Assembly: GCA_009699205.1 (NCBI GenBank)
Contig: WLOP01000004.1
Span: forward strand, 49,212 to 113,211
Source of the DNA: Actinomycetota bacterium
Lineage (GTDB): Bacteria; Actinomycetota; Actinomycetes; Nanopelagicales; Nanopelagicaceae
DNA length: 64,000 bases
Reading direction: 5' to 3'
Positions 19,982-29,394 of this stretch are shown one piece after another (position 1 is the first letter of the stretch; each line of letters opens with the position of its first letter). A model generated the notes under the pieces. That model did not search any database. It was not told the origin of the DNA and saw nothing but the letters and a program-made list of their open reading frames with translations. Position numbers and translations under genes: made by a program.

Positions 19982-21040
19982 GTAGCAATAATTGCGCTTT
20001 CCCCTTTTTTCACACCAGACTCATCGGCGCAATCAACATCAGCTTCTACTAAAATGGTTTTAGTAAATACAATCAATGGAAATATCACTCCAAAATCAGT
20101 GACTGCTTCTGGTACCGGAATCGTTAGCGCGCAGAACATGATGTATCGACATTCAGTCACAATTTACGACGCCACAACAATGAAGTTACTTAAAACAATT
20201 CCAGACACAGTGAAACTATCCAAATTCGGTCTGACACAATATTCAGGGAGCTACCAAGGTGCGCCAGTTGAAGGCGCCTATTCCCCCGATGGCCAATATC
20301 TTTATGTCACCAATTACTCGATGTATGGCAAAGGATTCAATAAAGAAGGACATGACGTCTGCAGTCCTTCTTCGAATTACGACAAGAGCTATCTTTACAG
20401 AATTAATCTAAAAACCTATCGGATTGATGCCGTGTATCCAGTTGGGGTTGTGCCAAAAGTTGTTGCAGTAACACCAGATAATAGGTTCATTTTGGTGAGC
20501 AATTGGTGTTCATATGACCTCAATGTGATTTCAGTGGCAAAGCAGAAGGTCTACAAGACAATCAAGATCGGCCCATATCCTCGCGGCATCGTAGTTTCAC
20601 CTGATTCAAAGAGTGCTTACGTAGCAGAAATGGGCGGGACAACTGTTCATGAGATTAACCTGACAACTTTCAAACAGAGACTTATCGAAGTTGGTATTAA
20701 TCCCCGCGCGATCGTGCTCTCCCCTAATGGAGCTAATCTTTATGTAACTTTAAATAGTTCCGGAAAAGTTGCTGGTTTCCAATTAAGTACGAGAAAAAGA
20801 ATTGGAACGGTAACAACAGGCAAAGCAGCTCGTAGCCTCGCAATATCAACTGACGGAACAGCGCTCTTTGTGGTCAACTATGAGAGCGGCACCATGAGCA
20901 AAGTGCGCACCTCGGATTTCAAAGTGATGCAGACTGTTGATGCGTGCACACATCCAATTGGTGTAACTTACGAGCCACTTACAGATAGAACCTGGGTTGC
21001 GTGTTACCTCGGGCAGATAAAGATTTACGCCAACAAATAG
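19955..21040 (+). CDS. secreted YVTN-family beta-propeller repeat protein
   Basis: 361 aa with a signal peptide (FLFVAIIALSPFFTPDSSAQS). It has repeated motifs of about 40 aa (LYVTNYS.., ILVSNWCS.., AYVAEMGG.., LYVTLNSS.., LFVVNYES..). The GTG start lies inside the upstream hairpin, so the start is uncertain. Confidence 0.75.
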   Translation: MRNRPTFLFVAIIALSPFFTPDSSAQSTSASTKMVLVNTINGNITPKSVTASGTGIVSAQNMMYRHSVTIYDATTMKLLKTIPDTVKLSKFGLTQYSGSYQGAPVEGAYSPDGQYLYVTNYSMYGKGFNKEGHDVCSPSSNYDKSYLYRINLKTYRIDAVYPVGVVPKVVAVTPDNRFILVSNWCSYDLNVISVAKQKVYKTIKIGPYPRGIVVSPDSKSAYVAEMGGTTVHEINLTTFKQRLIEVGINPRAIVLSPNGANLYVTLNSSGKVAGFQLSTRKRIGTVTTGKAARSLAISTDGTALFVVNYESGTMSKVRTSDFKVMQTVDACTHPIGVTYEPLTDRTWVACYLGQIKIYANK

Positions 21041-21058
21041 CCAGTTCGCGGAAGCTTC

Positions 21059-21430
21059 CTACCAGAATATTGCTATAAGCAGGTTTGTAGTTACTAGGCC
21101 AATCATCGCCAACCATACGCTGTTCTTCACTTCGCTCTTTTTAGCGTTGCGATAACCAAGAACGAGAACGGCAATCAAAATCGTGAACTTTATTGCGACC
21201 CACGCGTTATTGAGTTCTGGCCATTTATCTGGATTTTCAATTGTAAGTGGCGTGCGTATCCCAACCATTACTAAACCTGCTAGCAAAGCGGTGGCTCCAC
21301 TGTGAAGCACGCCAGGGTGAATAATCCTGGGAGATTTCTTGATTTGATGGAGCAAGAGGGATAGAACTGCAACAACGGAGAGGATGTGAAGAACGAGAGC
21401 AATAGCTTGTACCCATGCGAGTGTGGTCAT
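21059..21430 (-). CDS. small four-TM membrane protein, function unknown
   Basis: 123 aa with four hydrophobic segments. It has no recognisable motif. Confidence 0.5.
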   Translation of the reverse strand: MTTLAWVQAIALVLHILSVVAVLSLLLHQIKKSPRIIHPGVLHSGATALLAGLVMVGIRTPLTIENPDKWPELNNAWVAIKFTILIAVLVLGYRNAKKSEVKNSVWLAMIGLVTTNLLIAIFW

Positions 21431-21487
21431 GAAAAATCCCCTTCAAAGGTTATCTATAGATAGCGTTTCTAATGTATTCAGTTTAGA

Positions 21488-22135
21488 GTGCCAACCATGC
21501 TTCCACCTGCAACTATCGGCCCGGGCGAATTTTTCCCTGTGGTTGGCGTTGGACCTCATCCCAAACCTTGGCCAGAGGGCGCTGAATTTGACCCTGAACT
21601 CCTTGAAAACGGAGATCGTCGAAATGTTCTCGATCATTATCGTTATTGGTCGGTTGCAGCAATTGTTGCTGACTTGAATACCAAACGACATAAACTGCAG
21701 ATCGCTATTGAGAATTGGCAGCATGATCTCAATATTGGTTCGATTGTGAGAACTGCAAATGCCTTTAATGTTTCTTCTGTACACATTGTCGGCAAGCGCG
21801 ATTGGAATAAACGTGGCGCGATGGTCACAGATCGCTATCTCACCGTTATGCACCACCCAACGATTGCTGATTTCGCAATGTGGGCAAAAGAAAACCAAGT
21901 ACCGATTATTGGTATAGATAATGTTCCAGGATCTAAGCAATTGGAAAGCGCAGAATTGCCAGAGTCATGTGTCCTGCTCTTCGGGCAAGAAGGCGCAGGG
22001 ATGTCCGATGAAGGAATTGAAATCTGTTCAGTTCTGTACGCCATCGAACAATATGGGTCTACTCGTTCAATGAATGCCTCTGCTGCAGGAGCAATCGCCA
22101 TGTATCACTGGGCGCTGCAGCATCTACCTCGATGA
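21488..22135 (+). CDS. SpoU/TrmH-family RNA 2'-O-methyltransferase
   Basis: It has the SPOUT motifs IVRTANAFNV, LLFGQEGAGMS and STRSMNASAAGAIAMY. The start is the GTG at 21488 or the ATG at 21497. Confidence 0.82.
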   Translation: MPTMLPPATIGPGEFFPVVGVGPHPKPWPEGAEFDPELLENGDRRNVLDHYRYWSVAAIVADLNTKRHKLQIAIENWQHDLNIGSIVRTANAFNVSSVHIVGKRDWNKRGAMVTDRYLTVMHHPTIADFAMWAKENQVPIIGIDNVPGSKQLESAELPESCVLLFGQEGAGMSDEGIEICSVLYAIEQYGSTRSMNASAAGAIAMYHWALQHLPR

Positions 22136-23292
22136 AATCTCGTTGGTTAACTCGCAACTTAATAATCCTTACCTTGGTCTCCTTGGCGCAAGATGCTGCA
22201 AGTGAACTCCTCTATCCGCTACTACCTCTTTTGCTCACCGGAGTCATCGGTGTTGCTCCCTTTGCGCTTGGACTTATTGAAGGTTGCGCAGAAGCTGCGG
22301 CAGGTTTTACAAAGCTTTTTGCCGGTAAAGCCAGTGATCGCTTAGGTCGCAAACCATTTGTAATGGCGGGCTACGGCGTTGCTGGAATCGGAAAAGCTCT
22401 TGTAGTAACAGCAACTATCTGGCCATTGGTATTTCTAGGACGCGTAACAGATCGCATTGGGAAAGGTTTACGTAGCACTCCAAGAGATGCACTCATCAAT
22501 GATGGCGTCGAGAAGAAAGATTTAGGAAAAGCTTTTGGCTTCCATAGAGCTGGAGATAACTTAGGGGCAGTTATTGGTCCACTACTTGCACTCCTTGGTT
22601 TATCGCTCCTTAATGACGATATTCGTCAAGTAGCTAAGTGGGCTTTGATTCCAGCAGCAATTTCTGCACTCCTCACCTTCTTTGTAAGGGACTCTGCAAG
22701 AATTCCAACGACACAGAAAAGAGAAATTATTCCCACCGGCGTGCTGCCGGCCCACCTCAAGCGCGCGATCTCGGTATTAGTTCTCATTCAATTAACAAAT
22801 ATCCCGGATGTTCTCCTACTTCTGCGATTGCATGACATTGGTTTTTCGACTCGTGGAGTTGTATTGGCATATGTTCTATTTAGCGCCGTAACAATGCTCT
22901 TTGCATTTCCAGCAGGATACTTAGCCGACCGATTTTCTCCCCATGTAATTTATGCGGTTGGACTCGTTGCGTTTGCACTCAGCTACTGCCTACTTGGCTT
23001 GACGCAGAACCATGCGATTGCAGTAGGTGCGCTCATTCTTTACGGGCTATTCCCAGCGCTTACTGATGGAGTTGGTAAAGCGTGGATTGCAGGACTGAGT
23101 CAAGATGACCATCGCGGTAGGGCACAAGGTGTGTATCAAGCATCAATGAACTTTGCAGTACTTGGCGCAGGTATTTGGGGTGGCGCGCTCTGGAGCCAAA
23201 GTTCGCGCGAGTGGCCATTAGTCATTGCAGGAGTTGGAGCAGTGCTAGGAGCTCTCGCTATCCTCATCGAGAACGTCAGAAACAGCCGCTAA
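22132..23292 (+). CDS. MFS transporter
   Basis: 386 aa with about 12 TM segments and the MFS loop motif GKASDRLGRKP. An ATGA overlap joins it to the preceding gene. Confidence 0.85.
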   Translation: MKSRWLTRNLIILTLVSLAQDAASELLYPLLPLLLTGVIGVAPFALGLIEGCAEAAAGFTKLFAGKASDRLGRKPFVMAGYGVAGIGKALVVTATIWPLVFLGRVTDRIGKGLRSTPRDALINDGVEKKDLGKAFGFHRAGDNLGAVIGPLLALLGLSLLNDDIRQVAKWALIPAAISALLTFFVRDSARIPTTQKREIIPTGVLPAHLKRAISVLVLIQLTNIPDVLLLLRLHDIGFSTRGVVLAYVLFSAVTMLFAFPAGYLADRFSPHVIYAVGLVAFALSYCLLGLTQNHAIAVGALILYGLFPALTDGVGKAWIAGLSQDDHRGRAQGVYQASMNFAVLGAGIWGGALWSQSSREWPLVIAGVGAVLGALAILIENVRNSR

Positions 23293-24192
23293 ACGCCGCT
23301 CAATTTCATCTGCTTCAGCAATCCGTCCTTGTGCACGCATCACCGTTGCAATGCGCTTTTCTACCTCAACAATAAGTTCGAAATCTTTAGGTTCATCTTC
23401 TGTGGCGTTCTGTAAGACTTCTTCGAGGGTAGCGATTCCTGCTTCTGCCTTGCCGAGAAGTACTTGTGCTTTACCGTATTCCAGTAAAGCGTAAATTTCA
23501 CGTCGCTCATCATGAGCAGTCTGGAAAACATCTAGCGCCTTGCGGGCAGATTCCAGGGCTAGTTCACCTTCTTCTAGCGCATTAAGGCATGATGCGATTT
23601 TCTGATCAGAGCGTCCTACATTGATTACATCGTGGTTTTTCTTAAAGAGCGAGCGCGCTTCGCGAAAGGTTTCCATCGCTTCAGAATAATTCTTTATCTG
23701 GCGATATGCGCAACCGATCAAATATAGATCGTTAGCTGCGCCAATTTCATTTCCGTCGACAAGATGCTCTTGTGCGCATTCGCGCATCGTTTCAATTACT
23801 TTCTCATAATTTTTAGAGGTGTACCACCATTCACCCAATGTGCAGGCAAGCTCGAGCGCAATCGGAGATTTGTTAGTCCGTAATATTTCTACAGCTTTAC
23901 TCATAGCTGTGGCTGCTTCGTCCATACGTTTTAATTGATTGAGATTAAAACCAATTGCCGAATATGTTTGCGCTAAACCTTCAGTGGGTGCGCTGGTACC
24001 AAGTCCCATGTAGATATCGCACGCAGTTTCAGCCAGAGCAAGCGCTTCGTCATATTGTCCACGAGCATAAATGCGAGCGCTGAGTTCGTAGTAGGTGCTC
24101 GCACGTTCGACACCATCAACTTCTGGAATACGATCCCAGAGCATCTCCTCGGTAATGAGTTCGTCTTGGCCGTTATCGTCATCGTCGCTCAA
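23245..24192 (-). CDS. tetratricopeptide-repeat protein with acidic termini
   Basis: 315 aa with repeated 34-aa A/Y/L-patterned helical units (..YDEALALAE.., ..YSEAMETFREA..). The N-terminus is MSDDDDNGQDE and the C-terminus is DEDSESS. Confidence 0.7.
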   Translation of the reverse strand: MSDDDDNGQDELITEEMLWDRIPEVDGVERASTYYELSARIYARGQYDEALALAETACDIYMGLGTSAPTEGLAQTYSAIGFNLNQLKRMDEAATAMSKAVEILRTNKSPIALELACTLGEWWYTSKNYEKVIETMRECAQEHLVDGNEIGAANDLYLIGCAYRQIKNYSEAMETFREARSLFKKNHDVINVGRSDQKIASCLNALEEGELALESARKALDVFQTAHDERREIYALLEYGKAQVLLGKAEAGIATLEEVLQNATEDEPKDFELIVEVEKRIATVMRAQGRIAEADEIERRLAAVSDVLDEDSESS

Positions 24193-24245
24193 GGTGCTCC
24201 CCTCTCCGTTACCCCGAAACTCTATACTGACCTAGCGAAGGCGGT

Positions 24246-24836
24246 GTGGCTCTTGCCTCCCGCTCACTGCTACTGGTTGGAACGATAGATGTCCTAACTG
24301 CAACTTTTCGCCCACTCAATACTCGATTGCACTCAATTGCGACTCCATTGGCAGATATTTGGCCAACGATCGCAACGGCGGGGGTAATAATCGATGGGGT
24401 CATTCTTATTGCGCTTTCTTTTTCATTGAACCGGAGAAGTCACACTGGTTATCTTATTACTCAGATCGCGCTAACTTTAAATATCCCACTTCACCTAATC
24501 ACTGGGCATCTACTTTTTTTGCTTTCCGTCATACCTATTACCTTTCTTCTCCATATTCGCCACGAGTTTTACGCCGAAGCACACACAAAGATTCTCACAC
24601 GGGCTTCCATAGTTTTCAGCCAAATTCTTGCTTTAAGCGTCGGGATCGGTATCTTTCTCATCCTCGCTCCCGAACGGCTTTTTGGTGGAGAAGTAACAGC
24701 CCAACAGGTGATGAGGACTGTCCTTAATGGGTTATTTGGGAATCCTGATTCCTGCCTTAGGCTAATTTCAAGTGGACAGAGCCAAAGAGCTCCTTTATGC
24801 TTTATACTTGCAAACCATTCGCATCTAGGGAGGGCC
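24246..24836 (+). pseudogene. MprF/LysX-type N-terminal membrane-domain fragment, in frame with the downstream NiCoT gene (remnant or N-terminal fusion)
   Basis: The 197 codons have the spacing typical of LysX/MprF membrane domains. Compare ..LLLVGTIDVLTATFRPLNTRL.., ..GVILIALSFSLNRRSH.. and ..LLHIRHEFYAEAHTKILTRASIVFSQILALSVGIG... The synthase and tRNA-ligase parts are absent. No stop codon occurs before 24837. Confidence 0.4.
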
Positions 24837-26027
24837 ATGAATCTTGTTGCTCAGGTGAACCCTCCTCGCACCCCTCTGCGCGATCGACTTAACCCCGATG
24901 AATGGCGTCGCCTCTATGCCATGTTTGGCTTTATAGCCCTTCTGCACGTATCTGGCGCCCTTTTAATGTGGGCTGCAACAAGTGGCAATTACAAACTCGC
25001 CGACGGCTCTCTCTTTGGTTGGGGTACAGCAGCGTTGGCCTACACACTCGGCATGCGCCATGCATTTGATGCCGACCATATCTCTGCAATTGATAACACG
25101 ACGCGAAAGTTAATGAGTGAGGGAAAACGTCCCTTAGCTGTTGGTTTTTTCTTCTCACTCGGGCATTCATCAGTCGTTGCGGCACTTGCAATCTTATTGA
25201 ACTTCGGAATTAAAGCCCTTGGCGTGCAGCTCAACGACAAAAACTCTTCACTGCACCATTACACAGGGTTGATTGGAATAACTGTCAGCGGAACATTCCT
25301 AATGTTGATCGCGATACTAAACCTGGTCATTCTCATTTCCATCGTGCGCGTCTTCGTCGCAATGCGCAAAGGAATGTACAGCGAAGAAGAATTAGAGAAG
25401 CATTTGAATTCTCGTGGTCTCTTGATGCGCTTCTTTGGCCCTATTGCCCGTCGCATTGATGCAAGTTGGAAAATGTATCCGTTGGGAATTCTCTTTGGAT
25501 TGGGTTTTGATACTGCCACTGAAATAGGCTTGCTCGTTCTCGCAGGCTCTTCTGTTATTGCCGGTCTACCTTGGTGGGCAATACTTTCCTTGCCTCTGTT
25601 CTTCGCTGGTGGAATGAGTTTGCTAGATACAATCGATGGCTCTTTTATGAACTTTGCCTACGGCTGGGCATTCTCTAAACCAGTTCGCAAGGTTTACTAC
25701 AACATCGTTATTACATCTCTATCCGTCGCCGTAGCGCTTTTTGTTGGGGGCCTCGAACTTCTTCAAGTTTTGGCAAAGCAATTGGAATTAACTGGTGGCT
25801 TCTGGAACTACGCAGCGAGTTTTAACTTGAATTCAGCTGGTTACATCATCGTTGCAACCTTTGCTGTTGTATGGATAATCGCGCTACTTCTCTGGCGCTA
25901 CGGAAAGATTGAAGAGCGTTGGCATGACAAGGCTCATGCGGCACAGCTTTCCCGTGGTGAAAATACAGATCACGCTAAAGCGGGTATTGAATTGGGACCC
26001 ATCCGCGGAGCATTCAAGCTCGATTAA
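24837..26027 (+). CDS. NiCoT-family (HoxN/HupN/NixA) nickel/cobalt transporter
   Basis: It has the signature RHAFDADHISAIDNTTRKL and LGFDTATEI. The ATG at 24837 follows the purine tract AGGGAGGG (24827-24834) and gives 396 aa, the normal NiCoT size. The ORF track extends it to 24246. Confidence 0.85.
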   Translation: MNLVAQVNPPRTPLRDRLNPDEWRRLYAMFGFIALLHVSGALLMWAATSGNYKLADGSLFGWGTAALAYTLGMRHAFDADHISAIDNTTRKLMSEGKRPLAVGFFFSLGHSSVVAALAILLNFGIKALGVQLNDKNSSLHHYTGLIGITVSGTFLMLIAILNLVILISIVRVFVAMRKGMYSEEELEKHLNSRGLLMRFFGPIARRIDASWKMYPLGILFGLGFDTATEIGLLVLAGSSVIAGLPWWAILSLPLFFAGGMSLLDTIDGSFMNFAYGWAFSKPVRKVYYNIVITSLSVAVALFVGGLELLQVLAKQLELTGGFWNYAASFNLNSAGYIIVATFAVVWIIALLLWRYGKIEERWHDKAHAAQLSRGENTDHAKAGIELGPIRGAFKLD

Positions 26028-26931
26028 TTTTGATGCGGCCCTGGCTTATTGCCGCACCTAAAAGAACAATCAACGCCCCTAAAGGTTCGTTCCATGTCAC
26101 TGATTCGTCTAAGAAAACAATTCCAACAATTACCGCAACTACAGGCGTCACATACGTAACAGAACTTGCTACTGCACTTCCGGCGGCGGCCATGATTTGA
26201 AAATTCCAGATGTAGGCATATCCGCTACCAAAGATTCCTAAGGCGAGCATGGCAAGCACTGGTCCCGGGCGGTATTCATCTTTGGCGATACCATCGATGA
26301 GATAGAACGGTAGCAAAGTTGTTGCAGCCAAAGTTAATTGCGTTGCGGCAAGTGCCGTAGGTTGCAGGTTAAGCGGTAGAACAAATTTTCTTGAATAGGG
26401 AAAAGAAATTCCGTAACAACCCACAGCAAAAATCAAAGCGAGTACAGCAAATACTGGGTTGCTTCCGAGCCCATGCCAAACTCCAAGAACTGTGAGAACG
26501 CCTGAGAATCCAATACCAAGGCCAATGAGTTGAAAGCTTTTCACTTTCTCTTGCCTGAAAACAATCATGATTGCCAGAAGCGTCATAAGGGGCGTAACCG
26601 CATTAATAATTCCGGCCAGGATGGAAGTCACTTTAGTTTCAGCGAGGGCGAAGAGAAAACCTGGGACAACATTAAGGAGCATCGCAATGACCCAAAGGTG
26701 GGCCCACACTTTTTTATCTTTCGGTAAGGCAATCTTCTTTGATTTAGCAATCGTTAGAAGTGCCATCGCGCCCAAGGATGTGCGCCCAAAAGCAACACCT
26801 ACTGGCGTGAGGAACTCAAGCCCTAACTTGATGAAGATAAAGGAACAGCCCCATACAACGCCTAAGGCGATGTAGAGGCTGACCCAGTTGGGAGTAGATT
26901 GTTTACGAGAATGAAAGGGCGAATGCACCAA
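26014..26931 (-). CDS. DMT/EamA-family transporter
   Basis: 305 aa with ten TM segments arranged as two EamA-like halves. Confidence 0.8.
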   Translation of the reverse strand: MVHSPFHSRKQSTPNWVSLYIALGVVWGCSFIFIKLGLEFLTPVGVAFGRTSLGAMALLTIAKSKKIALPKDKKVWAHLWVIAMLLNVVPGFLFALAETKVTSILAGIINAVTPLMTLLAIMIVFRQEKVKSFQLIGLGIGFSGVLTVLGVWHGLGSNPVFAVLALIFAVGCYGISFPYSRKFVLPLNLQPTALAATQLTLAATTLLPFYLIDGIAKDEYRPGPVLAMLALGIFGSGYAYIWNFQIMAAAGSAVASSVTYVTPVVAVIVGIVFLDESVTWNEPLGALIVLLGAAISQGRIKINRA

Positions 26932-27517
26932 GCAATGATGACACAGTCATCCAGACCCACCACACATTTACGATATCTACGTGCCAGTGATCAGCTTTGT
27001 AAATACCAAGGCGTGAGCGGTTCCAGTTGCCAATCGCAATAAATACCGTGAGCACTAAGTGCAGGGTATTTAGGCCGGCAATCAAGAAATAACAAGAGGC
27101 ATATGCACCTGACGTTGTAGTAAATGGAGCGCCACTGATTTGAATGAACTGATAAATAAGTGCGCCGATACTAAATAGAGCTGCCAAGCCACCACCAAGA
27201 ACCAATTGCGTCTGATTCTTAGCACGGACGCCTTTGAGGCCGTAGAAATGTGTCAGTAAGCCAAGAGCAGCTAAGCCTGTGACATACCACGTGCCCTTTG
27301 GTGAAAGTGCAACAACTGCAGGATTATCTGAAGTCGCAGCAGGCAACCACATATTGTTGACGTTTTGTTGTCTCAGATAAAAATAGACAAAGAGAACACT
27401 GAGCGCCATTGCAATATCAGCAACGAGAATCAGAATCACTCCAAGGCGATTGCGGCTTCCAACGACATCAGGGTGCTCGTGATGTGGGTTGGAATGTGCG
27501 TGTGTCTCGACGCTCAT
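26903..27517 (-). CDS. ctaE: heme-copper oxidase subunit III
   Basis: 204 aa five-TM protein with a His-rich N-terminus. It lies immediately downstream of subunit I with a 4-nt overlap. Confidence 0.8.
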   Translation of the reverse strand: MSVETHAHSNPHHEHPDVVGSRNRLGVILILVADIAMALSVLFVYFYLRQQNVNNMWLPAATSDNPAVVALSPKGTWYVTGLAALGLLTHFYGLKGVRAKNQTQLVLGGGLAALFSIGALIYQFIQISGAPFTTTSGAYASCYFLIAGLNTLHLVLTVFIAIGNWNRSRLGIYKADHWHVDIVNVWWVWMTVSSLLGAFALSFS

Positions 27518-29394
27518 GACTGTGCCTTTCCATAACCATAAGGATCAGATGTAATAACAGGCAACGTTTCAAAGTTCTCTAGAGGAACTGGGTTTGCAAC
27601 AGTCCATTCGAGAGTCTTTGCTTGCCAAGGGTTCATCGGTGCTTTAACACCACTTCGCCATGAGGAGATAACTCCATGGAGTAGGACGAGCATGCCCGCC
27701 ATAATTGTGTATGCACCTATCGTGGTGACAAGGTTTCCCTTATTGAAGATTTCAGCATATGACTCGACACGTCGAGGTTGTCCTGCAAGGCCAACCATAA
27801 ACATGCCCATGAAGGCAACGTTGAAACCAATCTGGACGAGCCAGAAAGAAACCCAGCTAAGAGTCTTATCAAACATGCGACCAGTCATCTTTGGGAACCA
27901 GTAGACCAATGATGCAAGGGCGCCAGTTAAACCTGCACCCATCAAGGTGTAATGGAAGTGCGCGGTGACATACATTGAACCGTGCAAGAAAGCATCAGCG
28001 GGCACATCCGAAAGATAAATTCCAGTGATTCCGCCAATCATGAAGTTCCACAAGAGCGCAAAGATTGACATCAAAGGCATTGTCATCCAGAGACGGCCAC
28101 GCCAAAGTGTTCCGATGAGCACCAAGAACAACATTCCTGTTGGGATGGAGATTAATTCGGTGGTCAACATAAATGGTGCGTTAAGTAATGGTGCCCATCC
28201 GCTGATATACATATGGTGCGCCCAGACAAGTACTGAAAGCCCAGAGATGCCAGCGATACCCATAATCGCTAAGTTGAAGCTAAAGAGTGGGCGACGTGTA
28301 AAGACTGGCGCCATCTCCATAAGTGCTGCAACAGAAGGAATAAGGATTACATAAACTTCAGGATGACCCATAATCCAAAAGAGGTTCTCGTAGAGCCAAC
28401 CACTTCCGCCACCGGCAACGTTGTAAAACGAAGTTGCAAATGCGCGATCTAGTCCAGACATAATCTGGGATAAGAAGAAGACTGGGAATGCGGGAAGAGC
28501 TAGCGCTACAGAAGCAACGACACCGTAGATAAAGATTGGTGTGCGATTCCAGGTCATACCCTTTGCGCGCATCTTCACGACAGTTGTAGTGATATTCGCT
28601 CCAGCAACCATTGTCGAGATTGCGAATATACAGATAAATGCGATGTAACCATTCATGCCTAGCGCAGATTGAGAAGCCAACGGGTTATAGGCGGACCATC
28701 CGGTAGTGATTCCCCCTGTGAAGAAGGAGATAAATACTGGTGGCACTGCAGCAACAATCAACCAGAAGCTCAACGCGTTAAGGCGAGGGAAGGCCATATC
28801 GCGAGCGCCGATCATGATCGGCATAATGAAGTTTCCGAATGGTCCGGTGACCATGATAATTGTTGCGACAATCATGATAATTCCATGCCAGCCAACAATT
28901 GCGTTATACGTCTGAGGTTCAATCCAGCCGCCTTGGGCATGGCCCAAGTTGGTGCGAATGAGCATGGCAAGAATTCCGCCGACAAGGAAGATAATAATTG
29001 TGATCACTAAGTATTGGATTCCAACAACTTTGTGGTCAGTTGTGTAGCGGAAATATCTCTTTACGCCTTGCTCTTTACCAGCTAAGAACATGTTCTCGTC
29101 ATGGTTGAGGTCTTTGCCCATTAGCCAGCGGAACGGGCCAATGAGAGCACCAATGCCGGTCATAAATCCGACAAACCAGGCGATCAATGCAAGCAACATA
29201 ATTTTGTCTTCGCGGTTAAAGAAGAAAGCAGTATCTGCATCCTGTGGAAGCAACTTAAGCGCAAGTTGCCAAACGACAACAGAACTTACTGCACCAAGAA
29301 CTAGAGCGGTGACAATATTTAATCTTTCGATTAAAGGTTTTCTACTTGCGGTGTGTCCCGCAGATGCTGCTGGGCGATCCATCACTGTTGTCAT
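27514..29394 (-). CDS. ctaD: cytochrome c oxidase subunit I (A1-type)
   Basis: 626 aa carrying all six canonical His ligands (..GWHGIIMI.., GHPEVYVILIP, WAHHMY, TAHFHYTLMG). The Glu and Tyr of the GHPEVY motif are retained. Confidence 0.95.
   Translation of the reverse strand: MTTVMDRPAASAGHTASRKPLIERLNIVTALVLGAVSSVVVWQLALKLLPQDADTAFFFNREDKIMLLALIAWFVGFMTGIGALIGPFRWLMGKDLNHDENMFLAGKEQGVKRYFRYTTDHKVVGIQYLVITIIIFLVGGILAMLIRTNLGHAQGGWIEPQTYNAIVGWHGIIMIVATIIMVTGPFGNFIMPIMIGARDMAFPRLNALSFWLIVAAVPPVFISFFTGGITTGWSAYNPLASQSALGMNGYIAFICIFAISTMVAGANITTTVVKMRAKGMTWNRTPIFIYGVVASVALALPAFPVFFLSQIMSGLDRAFATSFYNVAGGGSGWLYENLFWIMGHPEVYVILIPSVAALMEMAPVFTRRPLFSFNLAIMGIAGISGLSVLVWAHHMYISGWAPLLNAPFMLTTELISIPTGMLFLVLIGTLWRGRLWMTMPLMSIFALLWNFMIGGITGIYLSDVPADAFLHGSMYVTAHFHYTLMGAGLTGALASLVYWFPKMTGRMFDKTLSWVSFWLVQIGFNVAFMGMFMVGLAGQPRRVESYAEIFNKGNLVTTIGAYTIMAGMLVLLHGVISSWRSGVKAPMNPWQAKTLEWTVANPVPLENFETLPVITSDPYGYGKAQS

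Noticed and set aside
21050-21059. A 10-bp perfect palindrome GGAAGCTTCC between the convergent beta-propeller and 4-TM genes, considered as a bidirectional terminator.
   Set aside because: It has no loop and no flanking T/A tracts, and it overlaps the stop codon of the minus-strand gene. It is probably fortuitous.
21443-21940. A 165-aa minus-strand ORF, plus others overlapping the SpoU methyltransferase gene.
   Set aside because: The + strand frame carries clear SPOUT motifs. The antisense ORF is Cys/Asn/Ile-rich with no recognisable features.
24193-24836. Possible NiCo or B12 riboswitch upstream of the NiCoT transporter. I noticed GGACAG-like strings and an AGGACTGTCCT palindrome.
   Set aside because: There is no B12 box. 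The stretch translates into a convincing multi-TM MprF/LysX-like polypeptide in frame, so coding-sequence remnant is the better explanation. cmsearch with the NiCo (czcD) model could still be run.
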